Positions 10,945 through 19,482 of a stretch of 64,000 bases of DNA are shown here, in pieces. The DNA comes from an uncultured Alphaproteobacteria bacterium. Lineage in GTDB: Bacteria; Pseudomonadota; Alphaproteobacteria; Rhizobiales; Xanthobacteraceae. Below the pieces are notes generated by a model, which was not told where the DNA came from, made no database searches, and worked only from the letters and a program-made list of their open reading frames with translations. The translations under genes and the position numbers were made by a program. The stretch spans positions 232,596 to 296,595 of the forward strand of contig CAWENV010000001.1 in the NCBI GenBank assembly GCA_963810585.1. The letters run 5' to 3'. Position 1 is the first letter of the stretch, and every line of letters starts with the position of its first letter.

Positions 10945-11817
10945 TCAACGGTTCGCGCGCGAGGCACCATAACTTCCGGACCCACGACTCGAGAGAACCG
11001 GTACCGGTTCGGGAGGACGGCCAGCTTTTTTTCGAGAGAGACCGTGCCTCAGGTAGTAAACAAAGGCGTCGCGCACATGCATGCGCAGTGGCTTGCTGTA
11101 AAAGATCGCTAACAAGCCGCCACGGCTGGCCCGCACGCCATCGGCCTGCACATCGACTACAGACGTTACACCGACCCGCATCCCCCGCTCATGTGCGCGG
11201 AGGCACATTTCGGTATCAGACATGAAGAGGAAGTAACGTTCATCAAGTCCGCCCATGGCGTCCCAAAGCGAGCGGCGAATCATCACGAATGACGACTGCA
11301 CCCAATCCACGTCGATCATCCCATTGGTCGCTTTCGACGCTAGCGGGCTCAACAGATCAAAATCGTTGACCATTGTGGGGCTCAACCGCCGACACACTTG
11401 TCGAACCGGCGAGGGAAACCGGCGAGCGACCTCCACGATACTGCCATCGTCATTGTGCTGCACGCTCGCCAAGACCCCAATAGATCGCCGGCTCTCCATG
11501 AGCGAAACCATTTTCCGGATCGCATGAGTATCGTCGACAATGATGTCGGGACTGACGAGCAAGATATAATCGAAAGCCCCGGCCGTCTTGGCGCCAAGAT
11601 TTACGCCGCGGGCGTAGCCGAGATTTTCCGCGGCTATGACCAGTTCGTCTGTCTGCCTCATTTCGGTACGTAGAATGTTCGCTTCTTGCTGCGAGGTCGA
11701 GTTGTCGACGACGACAAGATGCGAGTCATAGATTGTGTTCTGCCGTCGGAGCGCCCGAATGCCTTCAACCACGCGCGCGGCCTTATGAAAGTTTACAATG
11801 ACGAGAGCGATCTTCAC
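10945..11817 (-). CDS. Glycosyltransferase family 2 (WbbL-like rhamnosyltransferase)
   Basis: IVNFH, VVDNS, NLGYARGVNLG, LDERYFLFMSD motifs. GTG 11817 preceded by a GGAGG RBS. Confidence 0.85.
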   Translation of the reverse strand: MKIALVIVNFHKAARVVEGIRALRRQNTIYDSHLVVVDNSTSQQEANILRTEMRQTDELVIAAENLGYARGVNLGAKTAGAFDYILLVSPDIIVDDTHAIRKMVSLMESRRSIGVLASVQHNDDGSIVEVARRFPSPVRQVCRRLSPTMVNDFDLLSPLASKATNGMIDVDWVQSSFVMIRRSLWDAMGGLDERYFLFMSDTEMCLRAHERGMRVGVTSVVDVQADGVRASRGGLLAIFYSKPLRMHVRDAFVYYLRHGLSRKKAGRPPEPVPVLSSRGSGSYGASRANR

Positions 11818-11962
11818 ATTGCCTCCATAGTTGGTCGTAACCCGGTCAATGGGCCAAACACTGAATTCAGTGTGAGTGTGCTGCGTCACAATTTCTGAAG
11901 GCTTCTGCCTCGCCACAATCGCGGCGGCATGCGAGGTACATCGTCAGGCGTTTGGACCCAGC

Positions 11963-12952
11963 TCAGACGATACCGGCCCCTTGCATGGCGCGGCGGCGGT
12001 GCCGCCTGCTCTCACGCAAATACGTCTCTTCAATCCATCGTTTTGTGACTGCAATGCCTGAGTCCATTTCGATGGCCGGGCTCCACTGCAAATCACGCTT
12101 TGCCTTTCCGATGTCTAACGTAAACATCGGCACTTCGGTCGTTGCCAGGTCAACATATTCCATCGCCGGCTTGACCATGCAAACCTCAGATACGTTTTTA
12201 ACGAGGGTTTGTAGCGATGTTGGCGCGCCAGACGCGATGTTGAAAACGCCATTTGCTTTTCGCTCAATCGACGCCCAAACGGCTGCGCTCACATCCTCCA
12301 CAAACACATAGTCCTTAGCCGCCTCCAACGATCCGAAGATCTTGATCGGTTCATCTGCGAGCATCTTGTAGAGAAAGGTAGCGATGACGCCGTGCAGCCC
12401 AAAGGGCGATTGTCCCGGCCCATACGGATTTCCGATCCGCATGACTGCCGCTCTCATATCAAACTGCTCGCAGAGCGTTGCGACCAGCATCTCGGCCTGC
12501 AACTTGAGCTTCCCGTATAGGGACTTTGGCCTACACACATCAGTCTCGACATGGGGCGCAACGCTGTCGCCATAGATTGCGCCGCCACTCGAACAAAAGA
12601 CGAGCTGTTGCACGCCACATTCATGGGCGCCTTGGATCACATTTGCCAGGGTCCGCAACTCCATGAGAGCGGCTGCGGCATCGACATCTTTTTTTGCGCG
12701 CGGCGAAATTCCAGAAATACCGAATAAAATCGCGTCCGGCTTGACGTCATTCAGTAAATTCGACGATTCCGTCAAGTTGGACGCATCGAGCTCCACCACT
12801 TCAACCGCCGGGTCGATCACGGAACTTGTTGGAACGTCCGTACCACATGCCACCGCTCGCGCACCCAGACGCGCCGCGTAGTTAGCAAAATTACTGCCAA
12901 GAAATCCGGTGCCTCCAAAAATGACGATCGAAGGCTTCGCTTTATGCGGCAT
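11963..12952 (-). CDS. NAD-dependent epimerase/dehydratase
   Basis: GGTGFLG, SSGGAIYG, YGKLK (YxxxK), GNPYGP motifs. Confidence 0.92.
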   Translation of the reverse strand: MPHKAKPSIVIFGGTGFLGSNFANYAARLGARAVACGTDVPTSSVIDPAVEVVELDASNLTESSNLLNDVKPDAILFGISGISPRAKKDVDAAAALMELRTLANVIQGAHECGVQQLVFCSSGGAIYGDSVAPHVETDVCRPKSLYGKLKLQAEMLVATLCEQFDMRAAVMRIGNPYGPGQSPFGLHGVIATFLYKMLADEPIKIFGSLEAAKDYVFVEDVSAAVWASIERKANGVFNIASGAPTSLQTLVKNVSEVCMVKPAMEYVDLATTEVPMFTLDIGKAKRDLQWSPAIEMDSGIAVTKRWIEETYLRESRRHRRRAMQGAGIV

Positions 12953-14081
12953 TCCGGTGCTCTTTTTCCACAGAGTTTAAAATCTTGGCCCACTTCTTTC
13001 GAATTGCCGCTTCGCTCCAACTCTTATCCAGAAACTCTTTATGAGCGGCCACTTGCGTCGGCAGTGACGTGAGCTTTTTTCTCGCAGTGACGATGTCGTT
13101 GGGATTGACAAATTCAACGCCGCTAATCGCACCATTCGCGCGGGTCTGATCGTAGAGATAGGACCCGGTCGAGAGGATGCTCGGCGTCCGCGACGTCAGC
13201 GCCATCAGGTCTATGAGCGAGAATACTTCGAACCAAGATAGATTTACGTAAGCGCACGCGGTGCCGATCATCTTTTGCAACTCAAGAAGCGGGACCTGAT
13301 CCCGCCATTCCATATTGTCGCTTGCGTCGACTGCCGCCTCGAAATTACGGATGTAGTTGCCATGATTCATGTTCTTCTTCCCGAGGAAGAGGAACCGAAG
13401 TTGGGGGCACGATTTTGCTACTTCGACGACCGCCATCTGGTTTTTGCGCGGCTCAATTCTACCCGCACACAACACGTAACTTTCAACCGTTCGCGCGGAG
13501 CGTTCGGCAGAACTGATGAGGCCCGTTTCATCGACGAGATGTGGCAATGTCTCGAAGTGCGCATCTGTCGCAAAATCTCGCCGAATATATTCGGCTTCGT
13601 CTTGGCAAGATACGAGCACGCGGGCCGCGTTTTGCAGGACGTAGCGAGCCGAATATGCCGCGGTACGATATGACAGCAACTTACGCCGCTGCTCGCTTCT
13701 CACTAACCTTACGACACAGGCAATGGTCTCATAGCTGACGAGGGAGTAACCCGCAGCACGTGCCGCTAATTGCTGTGCCCCAATGGTTCCGTGGCGCAGG
13801 AAATCCTCAACGTGGCCAGCCTTCGGGTGAAGGGTGTAAATGACATAGGGAATCTTCATTCGCACGCAGTCCCGCGCCACGAGGTAGTTCTCAAACGGCA
13901 TATCGATGTTGAAGAGGACGATGAGATCGAACTCGGCAATATTCAGCTGCGCGAAGCGCACAACCGTCGTCTCTATCCGGCCTGTGGCAGCGATCAACGC
14001 GCTAAATTGCTTCGCTTGATCGATGTCGCCGCCGCCTTTGGTCGAGGCGTCGTTACGGATCACAAAAGCGATCTTCATCAT
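12942..14081 (-). CDS. Glycosyltransferase family 4
   Basis: KGGGD near the N-terminus, AGRIEPRKNQ, SWFEVFS motifs. Confidence 0.85.
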   Translation of the reverse strand: MMKIAFVIRNDASTKGGGDIDQAKQFSALIAATGRIETTVVRFAQLNIAEFDLIVLFNIDMPFENYLVARDCVRMKIPYVIYTLHPKAGHVEDFLRHGTIGAQQLAARAAGYSLVSYETIACVVRLVRSEQRRKLLSYRTAAYSARYVLQNAARVLVSCQDEAEYIRRDFATDAHFETLPHLVDETGLISSAERSARTVESYVLCAGRIEPRKNQMAVVEVAKSCPQLRFLFLGKKNMNHGNYIRNFEAAVDASDNMEWRDQVPLLELQKMIGTACAYVNLSWFEVFSLIDLMALTSRTPSILSTGSYLYDQTRANGAISGVEFVNPNDIVTARKKLTSLPTQVAAHKEFLDKSWSEAAIRKKWAKILNSVEKEHRNAA

Positions 14082-14164
14082 CTTGATTGATTGTCGCAGC
14101 GTGCAGACCTAATCCGTCGCCATATGAGCGCTCGAGCGGCCTTTGCAGCCAGATCCGTGAACGA

Positions 14165-14716
14165 TCATTGAAACAACTCGGCTTCTTCGAGCCGCTTCCC
14201 TTTTGCATCTTTGGCCGCCAAAACCGGCGCCCCGCACAAAGGCCACTGAATGCCAAGCGCCGGATCGTTCCAAAGCAACGCCCGCTCATGTTCGGGGTAC
14301 CAATAGTCAGTAACCTTGTAGTTCACTTCGGCGGTTTCGCTCACCACGAGGAACCCGTGCGCGAAGCCTTCGGGCACCCATAGCTGGCGCTTATTTTCAG
14401 CAGACAACGTAACGCCGGTCCATTTGCCGAAATTGCCAGAGTTGCGCCGTATATCGACCACGACATCGAACGCCTCGCCTTGAATGACCCGGACGAGTTT
14501 TCCTTGCGGATGTTGAATTTGGTAATGCAATCCGCGTAGCACGTATTGAACCGAGCAACTTTGATTGTCTTGCACGAAGGTGCGCTCGAGTCCGGTCGCG
14601 GCCTGGAAATCGCGCGCATTAAAGCTTTCGAAGAAAAGGCCGCGCGGGTCGCTAAAGACCTTCGGCTGCAGCAAGAGTACGTCAGGCAGCGACGTCGCCA
14701 TCACGTCGTAAGCCAT
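14165..14716 (-). CDS. rfbC: dTDP-4-dehydrorhamnose 3,5-epimerase
   Basis: FVQDNQS, LRGLHYQ, QGKLVR, GFAHGF motifs. Confidence 0.97.
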   Translation of the reverse strand: MAYDVMATSLPDVLLLQPKVFSDPRGLFFESFNARDFQAATGLERTFVQDNQSCSVQYVLRGLHYQIQHPQGKLVRVIQGEAFDVVVDIRRNSGNFGKWTGVTLSAENKRQLWVPEGFAHGFLVVSETAEVNYKVTDYWYPEHERALLWNDPALGIQWPLCGAPVLAAKDAKGKRLEEAELFQ

Positions 14717-14728
14717 TGGCGAATTCTC

Positions 14729-15613
14729 TTACTGAATAAGTTCAAGAAGGTACTGCCCATAACCGCTTTTGCTGAGCGGACGCGCCAGAGCCTCAACTTG
14801 ATCGGCATCAATCCATTTTTGTCCGTAAGCGATTTCTTCGGGACAGGCGACGATGAGGCCTTGACGTTTTTGCAACGTGGCAATGAAACTCGCAGCGTCG
14901 AGCAAACTGTCATGTGTCCCGGTATCGAGCCATGCATAGCCGCGGCCCATGATCTCGACGTCGAGAACAGCCTGATCGAGATAACGGCGGTTCACGTCGG
15001 TAATTTCCAATTCGCCGCGGGCGGACGGCTTTATGTCCGCGGCGATATCGCATACGCGCGTATCGTAGAAGTAAAGTCCTGTAACTGCGTAATTCGATTT
15101 TGGCACCGCCGGCTTCTCGTCGATGCTTATCGCACGCTGTTTCGCATCAAACTCAACTACACCGTAGCGCTCCGGATCGTTGACATGATAGGCAAACACC
15201 GTCGCACCATTGCGACGTGAATGGGCATTGACCAAAAGCTTCACCATGTCGTGCCCGTAGAAAATATTGTCCCCTAGTACCAGCGTGCTGAGATCGTTGC
15301 CGATGAAGTCGCGGCCAATGATAAACGCTTGCGCGAGTCCGCCTGGGTTGGGCTGCACGGCGTATTGAATGTCCATCCCCCACTGACTGCCGTCGCCGAG
15401 AAGCTCACTGAAAATCGGGGTATGTTGGGGAGTTGAAATAATGAGAACGTCGCGGATACCGCTTAGCATCAAGGTTGAGAGCGGATAATAAATCATTGGC
15501 TTGTCGTAAATCGGCATCAACTGCTTGGACACACTTTGCGTCACCGGGTAAAGGCGCGTACCCGAGCCCCCCGCCAGAACGATGCCCTTCCGCCGCACGG
15601 ACGCTGAATTCAT
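14729..15613 (-). CDS. rfbA: Glucose-1-phosphate thymidylyltransferase
   Basis: [38 protein letters not shown] motifs. ATG 15613 overlaps the rfbD stop. Confidence 0.97.
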   Translation of the reverse strand: MNSASVRRKGIVLAGGSGTRLYPVTQSVSKQLMPIYDKPMIYYPLSTLMLSGIRDVLIISTPQHTPIFSELLGDGSQWGMDIQYAVQPNPGGLAQAFIIGRDFIGNDLSTLVLGDNIFYGHDMVKLLVNAHSRRNGATVFAYHVNDPERYGVVEFDAKQRAISIDEKPAVPKSNYAVTGLYFYDTRVCDIAADIKPSARGELEITDVNRRYLDQAVLDVEIMGRGYAWLDTGTHDSLLDAASFIATLQKRQGLIVACPEEIAYGQKWIDADQVEALARPLSKSGYGQYLLELIQ

Positions 15614-16509
15614 TGCCGCATCTCCGGCACGATCTGGTTGACGACAGCATTTACCCCCACCGTCCACTCCGGTAACGCTATGGAAAAATTGTTTCGAAGC
15701 TTGGACGTTGCGAGGCGCGAATAAGCGGGCCGCTTGGCCGGCGTCGGATAGTCCGCAGTTGCGATCGGCGCGATGGTTTCGGCAGAGGCTTGAAGTGGAA
15801 GCCCCATGGCGCCCGCTTTAGCGATCACATGACATGCCAAGCCGTGCCAACTTGTCTCGCCGCCTGCAACCAAATGATACAGGCCCCATCGCGGATCTTC
15901 TGCCGGTTGTCCCGCGAGCTGTGCAAGCACGTTTAGGGTGACGTCGGCCAGCAACGCTGCTGAGGTTGGTGCACCCACCTGATCGCTAACAACGCGCAAT
16001 TTGCGCTGCGCTTTTGCCAGCCGCAGCATCGTCTTGACGAAATTGTTGCCGTGCGCCCCGACAACCCAGCTGGTGCGGAATATCAGATGCTTTCGACACG
16101 ATTGCACAGCGAGTTCACCATCTCGCTTGCTGCGGCCATAAATGGAAAGCGGAGCGGTCTCATCCGTCTCGACATAGGGCTCGTTTTTGCGGCCGTCGAA
16201 TACATAGTCAGTCGAATAATGCACAAGCACGGCCCCGAGCGATTCCGCTTCCTCGGCGAGCACGCCAGGAGCAGTGGCATTTACGGCGACTGCTAACGCC
16301 GCATCAGCCTCTGCCTGATCCACGGCCGTATATGCCGCGGCATTAACGACAACCGAAGGGCGATAACGACGAACGACTGTCCGCAAAGATTTCGTATCGG
16401 AAAAGTCGACTTCCGATCGCGCGGGCGCGACGACGGCTCCCAACGTTTCAAGCGTTGATCGCAACTCGTGACCAACCTGCCCGTTTGCACCGAGGAGGAG
16501 AATATTCAT
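15610..16509 (-). CDS. rfbD: dTDP-4-dehydrorhamnose reductase
   Basis: [36 protein letters not shown] motifs. Confidence 0.96.
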   Translation of the reverse strand: MNILLLGANGQVGHELRSTLETLGAVVAPARSEVDFSDTKSLRTVVRRYRPSVVVNAAAYTAVDQAEADAALAVAVNATAPGVLAEEAESLGAVLVHYSTDYVFDGRKNEPYVETDETAPLSIYGRSKRDGELAVQSCRKHLIFRTSWVVGAHGNNFVKTMLRLAKAQRKLRVVSDQVGAPTSAALLADVTLNVLAQLAGQPAEDPRWGLYHLVAGGETSWHGLACHVIAKAGAMGLPLQASAETIAPIATADYPTPAKRPAYSRLATSKLRNNFSIALPEWTVGVNAVVNQIVPEMRQ

Positions 16510-16510
16510 C

Positions 16511-17650
16511 TCAACGTTCGTGCACTTCGGTGATTTGCGAGGCATGCCGTTGGAGGTGGCGGCGCGCCGGACCTGCTTCGTCAGTCGGTGTTTCGCTGTA
16601 GTGCGTTTCAAGCCACTGGCGATATGAGCCACTTGTAATCGCGTCGACCCACACTTGATTAGCCAGATACCACTTCACGGTCTTGCGAATCCCGGATTCG
16701 AAAGACTCCTGCGGGCGCCAGCCGAGTTCGCGCTCGATTTTACGCGCGTCGATGGCATAGCGCCGATCGTGGCCGGGGCGATCGCGGACAAAGGCGATCT
16801 GCTCTGCATAGGCAATGCCGTCCGAACGAGGGTGCAATTCATCGAGAATGGCGCAGATTGTCTTGACGACATCGAGATTGGTCATCTCGTTCCAACCGCC
16901 AACATTGTAAGTTTCGCCCACCCTACCCGCCTTCAACACGCAGACGATTGCACGGCAATGATCTTCGACATAAAGCCAGTCGCGGACCTGTTTGCCGTCC
17001 CCATAAATCGGCAGCGCTTTTCCCGATATCGCGTTATGGATCACCAGCGGGATGAGTTTTTCCGGAAAATGATATGGCCCATAATTATTACTGCAGTTCG
17101 TCGTAAGTACCGGCAGACCATAGGTGTGATGCCACGCGCGCACCAAGTGGTCACTTGCGGCTTTGCTCGCCGAATAAGGTGAGTTTGGTTCATAAGGATT
17201 TGATTCACTGAAGGGCGCATCATCAGGCCTTAGCGTGCCGTAGACCTCATCGGTCGACACATGCAAAAAGCGGAATGCAGTTTTCTCTGTTGCGGACAGA
17301 ACCTTCCAATAAGCGCATACAGATTCCAGCAGATTGTATGTGCCTACGACATTCGTCTGGATGAATTCGCGCGGGCCGTGAATTGACCGATCAACATGCG
17401 ATTCGGCGGCAAAATTGATCACAGCGCGCGGACGATGCTCGATGAGCAGCCGTTCAATCAGTGGACGATCGGCAATATCACCATGGATGAAGTGGTGACG
17501 CTCGTCGTCCGCGAATTGCGCCAAATTGGCCGGGTTACCGGCGTAGGTGAGCTTGTCGATATTCACGACGGTCTCGTCGCTGCTTCCGAGCCACGTGTGG
17601 ACGAAATTGCTTCCGATAAACCCAGCACAGCCGGTGGCAAGGATGGTCAT
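16511..17650 (-). CDS. rfbB: dTDP-glucose 4,6-dehydratase
   Basis: [41 protein letters not shown] motifs. Confidence 0.97.
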   Translation of the reverse strand: MTILATGCAGFIGSNFVHTWLGSSDETVVNIDKLTYAGNPANLAQFADDERHHFIHGDIADRPLIERLLIEHRPRAVINFAAESHVDRSIHGPREFIQTNVVGTYNLLESVCAYWKVLSATEKTAFRFLHVSTDEVYGTLRPDDAPFSESNPYEPNSPYSASKAASDHLVRAWHHTYGLPVLTTNCSNNYGPYHFPEKLIPLVIHNAISGKALPIYGDGKQVRDWLYVEDHCRAIVCVLKAGRVGETYNVGGWNEMTNLDVVKTICAILDELHPRSDGIAYAEQIAFVRDRPGHDRRYAIDARKIERELGWRPQESFESGIRKTVKWYLANQVWVDAITSGSYRQWLETHYSETPTDEAGPARRHLQRHASQITEVHER

Positions 17651-17704
17651 GGAACTAGCGCTTATCCTTTGTGCGAAAAATCAGTGTCATCGTTGGGTTG
17701 TTCC

Positions 17705-17740
17705 CATGCTGCCGCCATCCGGGTGAAACGAGTTTCACCC
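17705..17740 (-). promoter_or_regulatory. ops/JUMPstart-like element: 8-bp hairpin followed by GGCGGCAGCATG
   Basis: The minus strand reads GGGTGAAA-CTCG-TTTCACCC (17740-17721), then GGCGGCAGCATG (17716-17705). This is a 10/12 match to the enterobacterial ops GGCGGTAGCGTG, lying between the RfaH-like gene and rfbB. Confidence 0.5.
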
Positions 17741-17779
17741 AACGCAACGCTATCGCTCTGCAACGCTCAGGCTATCGAA

Positions 17780-18337
17780 TCACGTTGCAGGTAGAAGGGC
17801 TTCGCCGCGCAAAGCCACCGAAACCGAACGCCCAAGCACATCAAGCAACACACGCACTCGGCCCGCCGCATCAAAGTGCTCAAGCTTTCCCAGAAACTCC
17901 GCGAAAGGCCCGTCAACGATACGAACGGCGCCGCCGACCTTGAATGTTGTTGTTAAATCGATGGTCCCGTCCGCCCGCGTCCGTGATTTCAAACCATCAA
18001 TAATGCCGCTCGGAATCGGCTGAGGCGCTCCACCTTGCATGAGGAGGTGGACCACCCCACGCGTGCCGTTAATGCTGCGCCATTGGTCGCGTAAAATGTT
18101 CAAATGCACGAAAAGATAGCTGGGGAATAACGGGGCGAAGACGCTCTTTGTTTTGCGTGCATGGCGAATGGTCCGGCGATAACGCGGGCAAAACACCCGA
18201 TATCCTTGCATTTCCAGGTGACGGACAGCCTGGCCTTCGGCGCGCGGTTGCGTATGCACGACATACCAAAGCGCGTCGGCGCAATGGTCGTCGACACCCC
18301 CATTGAAAACGCATGATTGCGAAGGAAAATTTGACAT
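17780..18337 (-). CDS. NusG paralogue, RfaH/UpxY-like transcription antiterminator
   Basis: WYVVHTQP..E..A..HL..QGY..FCP, PLFPSYLFV, TRGV, KOW motif GGAVRIVDGPF, RVRVLLDVLGR. Confidence 0.9.
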   Translation of the reverse strand: MSNFPSQSCVFNGGVDDHCADALWYVVHTQPRAEGQAVRHLEMQGYRVFCPRYRRTIRHARKTKSVFAPLFPSYLFVHLNILRDQWRSINGTRGVVHLLMQGGAPQPIPSGIIDGLKSRTRADGTIDLTTTFKVGGAVRIVDGPFAEFLGKLEHFDAAGRVRVLLDVLGRSVSVALRGEALLPAT

Positions 18338-18355
18338 CAGCGCGATACTCCTAAT

Positions 18356-18760
18356 TCACACGACGCCGACTATAAGCTTGCACGATGTCGTCTCTCCTGA
18401 AGACATCATGACGACAAAGGGCACCCTGAGAGACTTGCGCTGCTCGCTTAGCGAAAGAAAACGTGCAACGTTTTTCGGAAACCGCTGACAAAATTGAGCA
18501 AGCGTTTGAGCGGTCGCGATCGTCGTATTACGCGCAGGAACGATTGCGATGCCGCCGTCCTTTAAGACATAGGCGTCCTTCACGTTGGTCAAATTCAGTG
18601 CCTCCATGCAGATTTTGAAAAGGTCCTGGTAACTTTCCGCCGACTTCTGCAGGTCGCCTGCCAGACCATCGAGAATGTATTCACGGCTATCGCTGCAACT
18701 CTCAGCTGATACCGGACCGGAAAGCCCAATGAGCGCCATGACCACGATGGACCATTTCAT
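18356..18760 (-). CDS. Hypothetical secreted protein with 4 Cys
   Basis: Signal peptide MKWSIVVMALIGLSGPVSA. ATGA overlap with the upstream GT4. Confidence 0.7.
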   Translation of the reverse strand: MKWSIVVMALIGLSGPVSAESCSDSREYILDGLAGDLQKSAESYQDLFKICMEALNLTNVKDAYVLKDGGIAIVPARNTTIATAQTLAQFCQRFPKNVARFLSLSEQRKSLRVPFVVMMSSGETTSCKLIVGVV

Positions 18761-19482
18761 TTTGTTACCTCGATGATCGAGCGCCCGCGGGTCTTTTCGG
18801 GACCCTGCTCAATATGTACGCCGCTCGGCAGCGACATGCCTGTCGGCGTGGCACGGCGACTTCTGCTCATATCGCGCGCACGCATCCACGCGCGCCTGCC
18901 GAGCGAAACGCGCTTTATTCCATCTATCGTTAGTTCGGCGATCGCGTCGGCGATTGCTCGAACCGAAGGCGCAACGACACGGCCCGTTTGATTATTAATG
19001 ACTGCGCCGTTCGCGTCGCCGACGGGCGTTGCGATGCTCGGCAACCCACACGCTGCTGCCTCGAGATAGACGCGACCGTATTCTTCAGTTGCGTCGAACA
19101 TTGCTTCGTCGGGCGTCAGACAAAACAGGTCACTAGCGCCGTAGACGTCGCGGATCTGCTGGCTCTTCAATGCCCCCATCAGCCGCACGTCGCCGTCGAA
19201 TTTCGTGATAGCGGCTTTGAGTTGCTCGACATAGTCGGCCTCGCCGTCAAAGCCCACGACAAGCCAGCTGAGGCGCTTGCGAACCGATGGAGAGAGTTTC
19301 GATAGCGCAGCGAAGGTGAGGAGGTGGCCGTTGCGTCTCGTCAGGTTTGCGACGGTCACCATCGCGACCTTTTCCGACGAAATCCCAATCGTATCCCTGG
19401 TCTTTGAACGTTCCGTTCGCGGCCCAAACCAGAAATCGGCGACGCCGCCGAACGCATCCGCTTGCAAGACACGCGCCCTCAT
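18757..19482 (-). CDS. Short GT4-like protein (nucleotide-sugar-binding C-terminal domain only)
   Basis: TVANLTRRNGH, YGASDLF, EEYGRVYLEAAACG, GAVINNQTG motifs. Only 241 aa; ATGA-coupled to wzc. Confidence 0.7.
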   Translation of the reverse strand: MRARVLQADAFGGVADFWFGPRTERSKTRDTIGISSEKVAMVTVANLTRRNGHLLTFAALSKLSPSVRKRLSWLVVGFDGEADYVEQLKAAITKFDGDVRLMGALKSQQIRDVYGASDLFCLTPDEAMFDATEEYGRVYLEAAACGLPSIATPVGDANGAVINNQTGRVVAPSVRAIADAIAELTIDGIKRVSLGRRAWMRARDMSRSRRATPTGMSLPSGVHIEQGPEKTRGRSIIEVTK

